Source: an uncultured Gammaproteobacteria bacterium (lineage in GTDB: Bacteria > Patescibacteriota > Microgenomatia > Levybacterales > GWA1-39-11). Taken from it: 63,415 bases of DNA. This document shows, one piece after another, positions 54,265 through 62,444 of the stretch; the first letter of the stretch is position 1, and the number at the start of each line of letters is the position of its first letter. A program made the position numbers and the translations under genes. The DNA is taken from assembly GCA_964640435.1 (NCBI GenBank), contig CAZXFJ010000003.1:1-63415 (forward strand), given 5' to 3'. The notes under the pieces are model-generated. The model saw nothing but the letters and a program-made list of their open reading frames with translations. It had not been told where the DNA came from and ran no database searches.

Positions 54265-54756
54265 ATGAAAAAAAATATAACAATTATTTCAAGAGGAGCA
54301 GTTTTATTAATGGGGACAGCTGTTGTAGTGGTATGTGGGGTTTTGTTTCCAGAGCTAGGTCGTGAAGAGGCAATAGCAAATCCTAAAGCTGGACCACTAA
54401 TTCCATATTTTATAGGCTTATGGATTTTATCTATTCCAATTTTTATTGGCCTTTATCAAACATGGCGACTACTTGATTACATTGATAAAAATAATGCTTT
54501 TTCAGCAAAATCTATAAAAGCATTGCAAATTATAAAAATGTGCGCAATTACATTTGCGATTTTGATAATACTCAGTGCTGTAGCTGTAGTTGTGGCAGCA
54601 AGAGCTACAAACCCAACTGAGGATGTTGCACCAGTTGGTCCAATTGGATTTGTATTTGTTTCGGTTTCAGTGATTATTGCGACGTTCGTAGCAGTTTTAC
54701 AAAGAGTTTTAAAAAATGGAATTGATATTAAGTCAGAAAATGACTTAACAGTTTAA
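54265..54756 (+). CDS. DUF2975 family membrane protein (copy 2, tandem paralog)
   Basis: Same architecture as copy 1: FIGLYQTWRLLDYIDKNNAFSAKSIKALQIIKMCA and an IDIKSENDL tail. Confidence 0.65.
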   Translation: MKKNITIISRGAVLLMGTAVVVVCGVLFPELGREEAIANPKAGPLIPYFIGLWILSIPIFIGLYQTWRLLDYIDKNNAFSAKSIKALQIIKMCAITFAILIILSAVAVVVAARATNPTEDVAPVGPIGFVFVSVSVIIATFVAVLQRVLKNGIDIKSENDLTV

Positions 54757-54768
54757 GGAGGCAGGAAT

Positions 54769-54975
54769 ATGGGAATAATAGTAAATATTGATGTAATGCT
54801 TGCTAAAAGAAAGATGAGTGTGACCGAACTTACCGAAAAGGTAGGGATAACCATGGCAAATCTTTCTATTCTTAAAAATGGAAAAGCAAAAGCTATTCGC
54901 TTTTCTACTCTTGAAGCAATATGTAAAGCTTTGGATTGTCAGCCTGGGGATATCTTAGAATATACAAACGATTAA
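54769..54975 (+). CDS. YozG-like XRE-family HTH regulator (68 aa)
   Basis: IVNIDVMLAKRKMSVTELTEKVGITMANLSILKNGKAKAIRFSTLEAICKALDCQPGDILEY. SD AAGGAGG upstream. This is the canonical partner of DUF2975 genes. Confidence 0.85.
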   Translation: MGIIVNIDVMLAKRKMSVTELTEKVGITMANLSILKNGKAKAIRFSTLEAICKALDCQPGDILEYTND

Positions 54976-55971
54976 CTAGGCAAAAGAAAATGCGTGCTTA
55001 TCCCAACCTTTTGGTGCCTCATTTTGTGAAGAACCATCTGGAAGAATATATACATCTCGTGAATTTCTATCACTTCTTGCAAGCTCAGCAACGATAACTC
55101 TTGTTACCTGTTCTGTGGTAACTTCGGGATAAATAAACTCTTCTTGAGAGCCACTTAAAACATGTAATGCTTTAAATACGTCTTTATAATTTGCGAGAAT
55201 TTTTCCTACAGTTGTGTCAGATATTTCTGGCGCAACAAAATCAAGGAAAAGCGAGCCAATTCTATTTGAGAATTCATTTAATTTTTTTGCACCTTCAGAT
55301 TTGTTTCTTCCAACGACATAATATAACCAAGGACCAGGGTAATTTTCCTGAGTGTAATTACCTGTGTATTTTGAGATCGTACTGGATAGCACTGCAATTG
55401 TAGAAGTTGAATCTAAATGCTTATCTTCCAAAAGTCTTTGAGCAAGCTTAATTGGAGCCTCTATATTAACTTCTCGTGCGACTTCATGGGCATTTTCATT
55501 AGTAGTTAGCTCTTTGAATTTATTAGAGACGTTTATTGCAGAGTCTAAGCTAATTTCGCCTGTGCGATCGAGTTCTTTTTTTAAACGGCCAAGTCCCATG
55601 GCTACGGGAATCATAAGTGTTTTATCGAATCCAGCTGCTGGAAAATCTAAATAATCGACAGCCTGGCCTGGTTCTAAATCTAAACCAGAGTATGCATTAT
55701 CTAATTGTTCTGGATTAGTAAGATCTGCGATAAAAGGTCTTGGTTCAATTCCACCGCTTTGTACAATTTCATCTCGTAGAGAAAGGAATTTGTCTTCACT
55801 TCGTGTACCTATGTATAGTTGTCTTCCATCCTGAGCAAGTTTTTTAGCAAGTATTCGACCCGTTCCGTCGCCACCGCCTAGAAGTATTATAGGGTTTTGT
55901 TCAGATCTTGTTAATGTTTCAGCCACTACGCGATTATTACAAAGGTGGATTAGCTTGTCAATATGAGACAT
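54976..55971 (-). CDS. Rossmann-fold (SDR-like) protein of unknown function
   Basis: ILLGGGDGTGRILAKKLAQDGRQLYIGTRSEDKF resembles an atypical dinucleotide-binding motif, and no clear YxxxK is present. ATG 55971 is preferred. Confidence 0.4.
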   Translation of the reverse strand: MSHIDKLIHLCNNRVVAETLTRSEQNPIILLGGGDGTGRILAKKLAQDGRQLYIGTRSEDKFLSLRDEIVQSGGIEPRPFIADLTNPEQLDNAYSGLDLEPGQAVDYLDFPAAGFDKTLMIPVAMGLGRLKKELDRTGEISLDSAINVSNKFKELTTNENAHEVAREVNIEAPIKLAQRLLEDKHLDSTSTIAVLSSTISKYTGNYTQENYPGPWLYYVVGRNKSEGAKKLNEFSNRIGSLFLDFVAPEISDTTVGKILANYKDVFKALHVLSGSQEEFIYPEVTTEQVTRVIVAELARSDRNSRDVYILPDGSSQNEAPKGWDKHAFSFA

Positions 55972-56060
55972 TACAAAACTTTTGTAATGAATAAGTACTT
56001 TAAGTGTAAGAGTAGGGTAAATTTTCTTGAAAATATTATATTGCTTGATATACTTTCCCC

Positions 56061-56309
56061 ATGCGCACAAGCCATATTAGATTAATTGTCGCAGTGATTA
56101 TTGTTGCTGTCTTATTTTTTATCCTTGGATTCTCTATTAGGGGGAATCTTACTCAGGTTAAGAAAATGTCATTAACCCCAACTCCTACTTCGGCCTTTAC
56201 ACCTACGCCGACAAGTTCGCTGACTCCAAAGCCAACGCTTTTCGAGGATAATCCACTAAGAGGGGATGACGATAATCCAGGAGAAGGTAATAAAAGGGGT
56301 AAAAATTAA
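56061..56309 (+). CDS. Small membrane-anchored PT-linker protein, hypothetical
   Basis: N-terminal TM helix, then TPTPTSAFTPTPTSSLTPKPT and an acidic/Gly tail. Confidence 0.35.
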   Translation: MRTSHIRLIVAVIIVAVLFFILGFSIRGNLTQVKKMSLTPTPTSAFTPTPTSSLTPKPTLFEDNPLRGDDDNPGEGNKRGKN

Positions 56310-56581
56310 CTTGTAAGAATAAAAATAATTGCAATGATAGCGATTATTGCCCAAATAATATTTACAAACAAGGGTTGATAAGTTTTCTTAAAATAACAAA
56401 TTGTTCCAAGTCCAATTGCTCCCGTTAGATTTAGGACTTGATACGATAGATCTCTTGGATGCAGAATTGCAAAGCTTACTAAGAAATATGCTGCAAGTGT
56501 CGCTATGGCTCCATACCACCCGATAGCCCCTTCAAAAAAGTTAGTATTCTTAGAGACTTTTTTTGAGTTTTTTTTAGCCAT
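56306..56581 (-). CDS. Small 3-TM membrane protein, hypothetical
   Basis: Basic N-terminus followed by 3 hydrophobic helices. It overlaps the upstream gene by 8 nt, giving operon-like packing. Confidence 0.4.
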   Translation of the reverse strand: MAKKNSKKVSKNTNFFEGAIGWYGAIATLAAYFLVSFAILHPRDLSYQVLNLTGAIGLGTICYFKKTYQPLFVNIIWAIIAIIAIIFILTS

Positions 56582-57026
56582 TTGTTTTGGTTTCAGTTGT
56601 ACTTACTGGAGGCGTTGTGGGTTGCGTAGGACTTTCAGCAGGTTTTGATTGGCTGTTGTTTGCAGGTTTTACAGAAGGGCCAGAATATTTTGCATTACTA
56701 AAAGCCAAGTAAGGGTATCCTGCAATTGATAATGCCCAAAGCCATATAACTCCAAATGCTGTACCTTTACCAAAAGATTTTGCTAAATCTATTGAAACAA
56801 TAATTGTTATAAAAAGGTTTATAAGAGGGATGAAGTAGAGGATAAACCACCAGCTTGGTCTACCAACAATGCTCATTAGAACATATATATTATATATAGG
56901 TATTATTCCTTCCCATCCTTTTCGACCAGCTTTAACATAAATTTTCCAAAATGAAGTAAGAACGAGGATTATGAAAAGAATATAGACTACAAAGAAGATA
57001 ATCGATAAGCCTGAATTTTCGTTCAT
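56574..57026 (-). CDS. DUF5684 family membrane protein
   Basis: FWKIYVKAGRKGWEGIIPIYNIYVLMSIVGRPSWWFILYFIPLINL matches the DUF5684 pattern. The C-terminal tail is P/T-rich. Confidence 0.6.
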   Translation of the reverse strand: MNENSGLSIIFFVVYILFIILVLTSFWKIYVKAGRKGWEGIIPIYNIYVLMSIVGRPSWWFILYFIPLINLFITIIVSIDLAKSFGKGTAFGVIWLWALSIAGYPYLAFSNAKYSGPSVKPANNSQSKPAESPTQPTTPPVSTTETKTNG

Positions 57027-57090
57027 ATAAAGAGCTTAGATTAAAAAAGCTTGCAAGTCAACATAGATATGATTCTTACTCAATTTGGCC

Positions 57091-57119
57091 TTGACTTGAT
57101 TCTGTAAATGTTTTATATT
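57091..57119 (+). promoter_or_regulatory. Upstream lon promoter candidate TTGACT-17-TATATT
   Basis: Read directly from the sequence, 109 nt upstream of the lon ATG. Confidence 0.4.
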
Positions 57120-57184
57120 TAGTTATTCTTCAGTTTCAAAACTTCGAATTTATCTCATTGGTCAGGTGATACAGAATGAATTAC

Positions 57185-57213
57185 TTGACACTTAGCAAAC
57201 ACAGTGCTATACT
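57185..57213 (+). promoter_or_regulatory. lon proximal promoter TTGACA-17-(TGc)TATACT
   Basis: A perfect -35, a 17-nt spacer, and TGn plus TATACT. The ATG at 57228 is 15 nt downstream. Confidence 0.6.
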
Positions 57214-57218
57214 GCTAA
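57192..57218. promoter_or_regulatory. CIRCE-like inverted repeat TTAGCA-N15-TGCTAA overlapping the lon promoter
   Basis: The outer hexamers and their spacing are identical to CIRCE (TTAGCACTC-N9-GAGTGCTAA). The inner triplets are degenerate (AAC / TAC). Confidence 0.4.
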
Positions 57219-57227
57219 AACTTAAAG

Positions 57228-59630
57228 ATGATACACTTGTCTGATAAAAACAACGAACAATTAATTCCAGTAATTCCAATTCGTGACGGTATTGTTTTTC
57301 CCCACACTGAATCAATACTTACATTTGGTCGCCCAAAAAGTTTAGCCGCACTTGAGTCAGCATTTGCCGGAGAGCGCGTAGTATGTTTTGTTCTTCAAAA
57401 AAACCCTAAACAAAATGACCCAGAACCAGAAGACTTATATTCAATGGGAACTGTTTCCCACATCGAGCGCATGATCCGAACAGACGGCGAAGTAAATGCT
57501 TTAGTTCGCGGTATATCACGGGCAAAGATTGTAAAAATTGATGCAAGATCTGGATATTTCTTGGCTCGTGTAGAAGAACTCGATGAATTAAATGACGATA
57601 ATGCTGAGATTAAGGCTCTTTCAAACCATCTAATTACTGAGTTTAAAAAAGCTTTGGGTCTTGGAAAACAAGCTGACTTTTTAGTTTTCATGAACATTAT
57701 GAGTGAAGTTGCTCCGTCTGAACTTGCGGATCAAATCGCATCAACACTTGATATTAAAGGAAGTGAGCGCCAAGCACTTCTTGAAACTGTTGATGTAAAG
57801 ACTCGACTCGAAAAAGTTTCTGAATTACTTGCTCGTGAGGTTAAAGTTTTGGAACTTGAAAGAAAAATTTCAAGCAAGACTCAAGAAAGTTTTGAGAAAA
57901 ACGCTAAAGAAGCATTTCTTAAAGAAAGAATTAAAACAATGGAGAAAGAGCTTGGTGAATCTGGAGAAGATAGTGATGTAAAAGAACTATTAGACAAAAT
58001 TATTGCAGCTAAAATGCCTAAGGAGGTTGAGGAAAAAGCCAGAAAAGAACTCAAGAAACTTTCTCAAACAACTCCATACAATCCAGAATCAGGATATATA
58101 AGAAATTACCTTGAAGCTTTAGTTGCGCTTCCATGGAACGTTAAGTCAAAAAACAATGTAGATTTGGCAACAGCAGAGAAAATTTTAGATGAAGAGCATT
58201 ACGGTCTTAAAAAAGCAAAGGAAAGAATTGTTGAATATCTAGCGGTACACAAACTTGCTGGAAAAATGCGTGGACCTATTTTATGTTTTGCTGGACCTCC
58301 AGGAGTTGGAAAAACATCAATTGGAAAATCAATTGCAAAAGCACTAGGCCGCAAGTTTGTAAAAGTTTCGCTCGGAGGTATACGTGATGAAGCTGAAATT
58401 CGTGGTCACAGAAGAACATATGTTGGAGCGCTCCCTGGAAGAATTATTCAGGGAATAAAAGACGCTGGTACGAATAACCCAGTATTTATGCTCGATGAAA
58501 TTGATAAAGTAGGAGCAGATTATCGCGGTGACCCATCAGCAGCACTTCTTGAGGCTTTGGATCCAGAGCAGAACAATGCATTCTCAGATCATTATCTGGA
58601 TGTTCCATTCGATCTTTCAGATGTTATGTTTATTACAACAGCGAACATGCTTGATACAATCCCACCAGCACTTCGAGATAGACTTGAGATAATTGATTTT
58701 GCTGGCTACACACAGGAAGAAAAATTCAACATTGCTACAAAATTCTTATTTAGAAAAGAACTAGAGTCTCATGGTCTTAAGTCAGAGAATGTTGTAATGA
58801 AGGATGATGCTATTGAATATATCATTCAGCGATACACGAGAGAAGCAGGAGTAAGACAGCTTGAGCGTGAAATAGCCGGTGTTTTGAGAAAAATAGCAAA
58901 GCAAGTTGCAGAGAAGAAAGCTAAAAAAGTTACAGTCGATAAAAAGACTGTTGAGAAATTCTTGGGACCTACAAAATTCTCATCATCAATAGCGGAGAAA
59001 AAAGATGAGGTAGGTATGTCTACTGGTCTTGCTTGGACATCAGTTGGGGGAGAAATTCTCTTTATTGAGGTTGCGTTAATGCCTGGAAAAGGTCAACTTA
59101 TTTTAACGGGGCAATTAGGAGATGTTATGAAAGAGTCAGCTCAGGCTGCTATGTCATATATTCGTTCAAAAGCAACAAAGCTTGGTTTAAAAGAAAACTT
59201 CTACAACAAAATTGATGTTCATGTTCATATCCCAGAAGGCGCAACTCCAAAAGATGGTCCTTCCGCAGGAGGAGCAATGACAACGGCACTTGTTTCTGCG
59301 TTCACTAAAATACCTGTTAACCACTTAGTAGGTATGACTGGAGAAGTAACACTTCGAGGAAGAATTCTTGAGATTGGTGGCTTGAAGGAAAAATTAATTG
59401 CTGCCCACAGAGCTGGTCTTAAAACCATAATTCTACCTAAAGAAAATAGAAAAGATCTTGAAGATGTACCAAAGCAGGTGTTAAAAGATCTTCGCTTTGT
59501 CTTTGTTTCACACATGGATGAAGTATTGAAAGTTGCATTAACAAAGAAAATTCCTGGACTTGATGATATAAAAGGGGAACAGCCTTCAAGTGCTAATATT
59601 ACTCCACCGGCTCCAATAATTGCAGATTAA
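57228..59630 (+). CDS. lon: ATP-dependent Lon protease (LonA)
   Basis: LON N-terminal domain, Walker A GPPGVGKTS, and a protease domain with PKDGPSAG (catalytic Ser) and a KEKLIAAHRAG lysine. Confidence 0.95.
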   Translation: MIHLSDKNNEQLIPVIPIRDGIVFPHTESILTFGRPKSLAALESAFAGERVVCFVLQKNPKQNDPEPEDLYSMGTVSHIERMIRTDGEVNALVRGISRAKIVKIDARSGYFLARVEELDELNDDNAEIKALSNHLITEFKKALGLGKQADFLVFMNIMSEVAPSELADQIASTLDIKGSERQALLETVDVKTRLEKVSELLAREVKVLELERKISSKTQESFEKNAKEAFLKERIKTMEKELGESGEDSDVKELLDKIIAAKMPKEVEEKARKELKKLSQTTPYNPESGYIRNYLEALVALPWNVKSKNNVDLATAEKILDEEHYGLKKAKERIVEYLAVHKLAGKMRGPILCFAGPPGVGKTSIGKSIAKALGRKFVKVSLGGIRDEAEIRGHRRTYVGALPGRIIQGIKDAGTNNPVFMLDEIDKVGADYRGDPSAALLEALDPEQNNAFSDHYLDVPFDLSDVMFITTANMLDTIPPALRDRLEIIDFAGYTQEEKFNIATKFLFRKELESHGLKSENVVMKDDAIEYIIQRYTREAGVRQLEREIAGVLRKIAKQVAEKKAKKVTVDKKTVEKFLGPTKFSSSIAEKKDEVGMSTGLAWTSVGGEILFIEVALMPGKGQLILTGQLGDVMKESAQAAMSYIRSKATKLGLKENFYNKIDVHVHIPEGATPKDGPSAGGAMTTALVSAFTKIPVNHLVGMTGEVTLRGRILEIGGLKEKLIAAHRAGLKTIILPKENRKDLEDVPKQVLKDLRFVFVSHMDEVLKVALTKKIPGLDDIKGEQPSSANITPPAPIIAD

Positions 59631-59637
59631 TAGAAGA

Positions 59638-59949
59638 TTATTTTATAGTAAGGGCTACCTTTTTTCTTTCTCGAATAGTTTTTGCAATGTTTTTCTTTCT
59701 TAGCTCTTCAGCAGCAGCTTTTGCAGCTTTTCTTGCTTCTACTTTTTCAGTTTCTTGAGCAAGTACTTTTTCAAACTCAGCCTGACATTCTTTATTTGTG
59801 CAAACGCTTTGGGAAACTTCAACAGTTGATGATCCAAGACTTGTTTTGAGTTCTTCTGTCCAGGTCTTTAGAATTTTTTTAGGACTACCACAGCGTTCAC
59901 AAGGTTGGTCTAAGTAATTAGATTTTGAGGATGAAAATGAATTCGACAC
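59638..59949 (-). CDS. Hypothetical Cys-pair/K-rich protein (103 aa)
   Basis: CERC ... C..KEC suggests a zinc ribbon. The C-terminal helix is Lys/Ala-rich. No family recognised. Confidence 0.4.
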   Translation of the reverse strand: MSNSFSSSKSNYLDQPCERCGSPKKILKTWTEELKTSLGSSTVEVSQSVCTNKECQAEFEKVLAQETEKVEARKAAKAAAEELRKKNIAKTIRERKKVALTIK

Positions 59950-60045
59950 TGGTCTGCGTACTATAGCACATTTAGAAAATTAATTCAATTTATGAATCTA
60001 AAATAGTAACTTTAATTCCGGTAGATGTAAAATTAGAAAGCTAAT

Positions 60046-60510
60046 TTAATTGGGAGAACAAGTTCCATTGTAAACCGAAGCAGTTGAGCAAATTTTGCCG
60101 TCTGGCATCTTGCATTGCCCATTCTTGCTTCCTTGAGGAGTGCCACCTCTTAAAGCACAGAATACTTGATCTGTAGTACTATAGCCGACTGTTTTGACGC
60201 CTCCAATGGGGCATTGACCATTATATAATGAGTACAATTCACAATTCATATCATCTGCAAAATTACATATATTGTAAAATCCGTTATTTGGTCTTCTTGC
60301 GGTTGTTACAAAACCTCCATTTTGAATACATTTAGAATAGGCAGCGGATGCAATCTGACCTGCCTTAGTAGGTGAAGAGGTGGTAGATACTCCTAGGACA
60401 CTTGATTCAGTAGGGCCAAATTTATAACCAATAATAAATGCGCCTACAATAAGTATTACAACTGCTAGTGATCCTGCAACGAGTGGTGAGAATTTTTTAT
60501 TTTTGGCCAT
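60046..60510 (-). CDS. DUF333 (putative hemolysin-like) tandem-domain secreted protein
   Basis: N-terminal TM helix, then two Cys-rich units (C.QNGG...G.YNIC.F.D...CE.YSLYNGQC and CALRGG...GQCKMPDGKIC...YNGTC). Confidence 0.6.
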   Translation of the reverse strand: MAKNKKFSPLVAGSLAVVILIVGAFIIGYKFGPTESSVLGVSTTSSPTKAGQIASAAYSKCIQNGGFVTTARRPNNGFYNICNFADDMNCELYSLYNGQCPIGGVKTVGYSTTDQVFCALRGGTPQGSKNGQCKMPDGKICSTASVYNGTCSPN

Positions 60511-60575
60511 AACTTAAATATTCCATATACCAAAATAAAAATCAAGAATGAACTAAGACTGGAAGATTAATAGAT

Positions 60576-61058
60576 TTATCTTTTTTTGAAATTTTTACTT
60601 AATACAACAAAAACTATTCCCGTCCAGATAGAAATCAAACCAATTAGGAATGTGAAGCCTGAAAAGGCATAAGTTAGGATTCCTAGATTTAATGCTGTAG
60701 TAAGTGTAGTTGCTGTAACCCAAGTGTTTCTTGCTTCATTAGGTGCCATTACAGGTTTCCCCTCAGAGTCTAATACAGGTTTGCCATCTTCTCCTAGAGA
60801 TTCCACCATGCGAGGCATTTCTGAGTATGTTTTGCCGCCAGTAATTTTAAGGGCATGTGTTCTAATTATGTCAGCTTGAGATTTTAAAGTGAATGGATCG
60901 CGAACTGGAGCATTAGGAATTGAAGCATCTTCCGGAGTTACAATCTTTTCTCGCGTAATGTTCTGATATGTGAAGCATATTCCCCATAATCCACCAAGAA
61001 TTAATAACGCACCCGCAGTAATTGCGAATATACCTGATATACGAAGTAGTAGCCTCAT
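60576..61058 (-). CDS. Hypothetical 2-TM membrane protein with an extracytoplasmic loop
   Basis: N- and C-terminal TM helices flank a loop of about 100 aa. No family recognised. Confidence 0.45.
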   Translation of the reverse strand: MRLLLRISGIFAITAGALLILGGLWGICFTYQNITREKIVTPEDASIPNAPVRDPFTLKSQADIIRTHALKITGGKTYSEMPRMVESLGEDGKPVLDSEGKPVMAPNEARNTWVTATTLTTALNLGILTYAFSGFTFLIGLISIWTGIVFVVLSKNFKKR

Positions 61059-61099
61059 AAATATACTTTAGACAATAGTAAAAATAAAAGCAAGACGGT

Positions 61100-61603
61100 T
61101 TATTGTGCTTGATGTATAGTTTGAGCTATTAAATCTGACAATTCATTATGGGAGTAAATGTTGGAAGTTTTAAAGTGAATAATGGGTATATTAGCATCCT
61201 TGAAGGCAGCATCAACTAATTCATCACGTAGATTTCTACTTCTTTCATTGTGGCTTCCACCATCAAGTTCAATAATTAGCAATGGCGTAAAGTTGTCAGT
61301 AGAGCAAATGACAAAATCAACATGCTTTTGAGAAATTTGATTAAATTTTTTCCAGAATTCAGGATCGGTTTCGGGTATAGCCATTTCAATAAGATCTGCA
61401 ATCCTCACTTTTGGGCAAATATACATCATTTGAGGAATAGAATGCTGAAGTGCATCGAAAAATCTTTTCTCACCTGCGCTAAGTAGATAGGGTCCCTTTG
61501 CCTTATATATTCTCCTGGAAGATTTAAATAGTTTTAGAAATATATATAAACCGGAAAGGAGAAGTGCAGTCAGTAAAAAGGCAGCTAAAATATAAAATAT
61601 CAT
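61100..61603 (-). CDS. DUF2726 (restriction-endonuclease-like/NERD-related fold) protein with an N-terminal TM helix
   Basis: LLSAGEKRFFDAL...CPKVRIADLI...QKHVDFVICS...LLIIELDGGSH matches the DUF2726 D...(D/E)xK-like core. Confidence 0.7.
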   Translation of the reverse strand: MIFYILAAFLLTALLLSGLYIFLKLFKSSRRIYKAKGPYLLSAGEKRFFDALQHSIPQMMYICPKVRIADLIEMAIPETDPEFWKKFNQISQKHVDFVICSTDNFTPLLIIELDGGSHNERSRNLRDELVDAAFKDANIPIIHFKTSNIYSHNELSDLIAQTIHQAQ

Positions 61604-61718
61604 TTTCTCTAATTATATTAAACTATGAATGTGACCCTAACTATACACAGTTCGAACCGCATTTAGCCTTCTGGAATAGATTACTGGAAGTTTATCAAGA
61701 AAGTAGGGGGGTGAATGA

Positions 61719-62165
61719 ATGAAGGGTTTTACTTCTGAGCTTCACAACGAAAAGACTTTCTATCAAGCTTTCGTAAAAGATCTGATGTCTTGCAGGAAGG
61801 AAATAATTATCGAAAGCCCTTTTATCACGACAGAAAGAATGAATGGCTTTCGATCGGTGTTTAATAACATTTTAGAAAAAGGTGTAAAGATTTATATCTT
61901 CACTCGTGATCCTAAAGAACATGAATGGAATATGGCTTTGCAGTCTGAGGCTGAGATACAAAACTTTGAAAGGACAGGAATACAAACCTTAATTGCTCTT
62001 GGAAACCATCACAGAAAACTTGCAATTCTTGACCGTAAGATACTTTGGGAAGGAAGCCTAAACATACTTTCGCAAAATAACAGTCGTGAGATAATGAGAA
62101 GAATAGAAAGTGAGAGATTTGCTAGTGAAATGTTTAATTTTTTAAGGCTTGATAAGTTTATTTAG
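61719..62165 (+). CDS. Single-HKD phospholipase-D-family nuclease (Nuc/BfiI-N-like, 148 aa)
   Basis: HRKLAILD (HxKxxxxD) followed by the GSLN motif. Its size matches the Nuc-type dimeric endonucleases. SD GGGGGGTG upstream. Confidence 0.75.
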   Translation: MKGFTSELHNEKTFYQAFVKDLMSCRKEIIIESPFITTERMNGFRSVFNNILEKGVKIYIFTRDPKEHEWNMALQSEAEIQNFERTGIQTLIALGNHHRKLAILDRKILWEGSLNILSQNNSREIMRRIESERFASEMFNFLRLDKFI

Positions 62166-62386
62166 AACGGGAGGATATCGGATGATTTAACTTTCAATGC
62201 CTTTGCAATTGCCTCAAGGACTTCATAAGAGGGGTTTACTTCCCCTCTCTCAATTTGCGCAAAGTAATTAACATGTATCATGGCTTTATTTGCTACCTCG
62301 GCTTGAGTTAAATCAGCCTTTTGTCTTGCTTTTTTTATCTTTCTTCCTAGTTCTTCTTGTGAACCCATATTTATAAAATTATACAA
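62162..62386 (-). CDS. XRE-family HTH transcriptional regulator (74 aa)
   Basis: GRKIKKARQKADLTQAEVANKAMIHVNYFAQIERGEVNPSYEVLEAIAKAL is a canonical HTH_3. It is divergent from the ATPase gene. Confidence 0.85.
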   Translation of the reverse strand: MYNFINMGSQEELGRKIKKARQKADLTQAEVANKAMIHVNYFAQIERGEVNPSYEVLEAIAKALKVKSSDILPF

Positions 62387-62427
62387 CTTTTAGAGATAGT
62401 TTGCCTATATATTATAAGCTTCGTTTT

Positions 62428-62436
62428 TGTTAGAAT
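62428..62436 (+). promoter_or_regulatory. Extended -10 element TGtTAGAAT, 9 nt before ATG 62445
   Basis: Read directly from the sequence. There is no SD between the -10 and the ATG. Confidence 0.45.
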
Positions 62437-62444
62437 ACCTGCAT

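Noticed and set aside
57027-57090. Possible small ORF or RNA in the 200-nt region upstream of lon
   Set aside because: No ORF with an SD and no convincing hairpin was seen. The region is adequately explained by divergent and tandem promoters.
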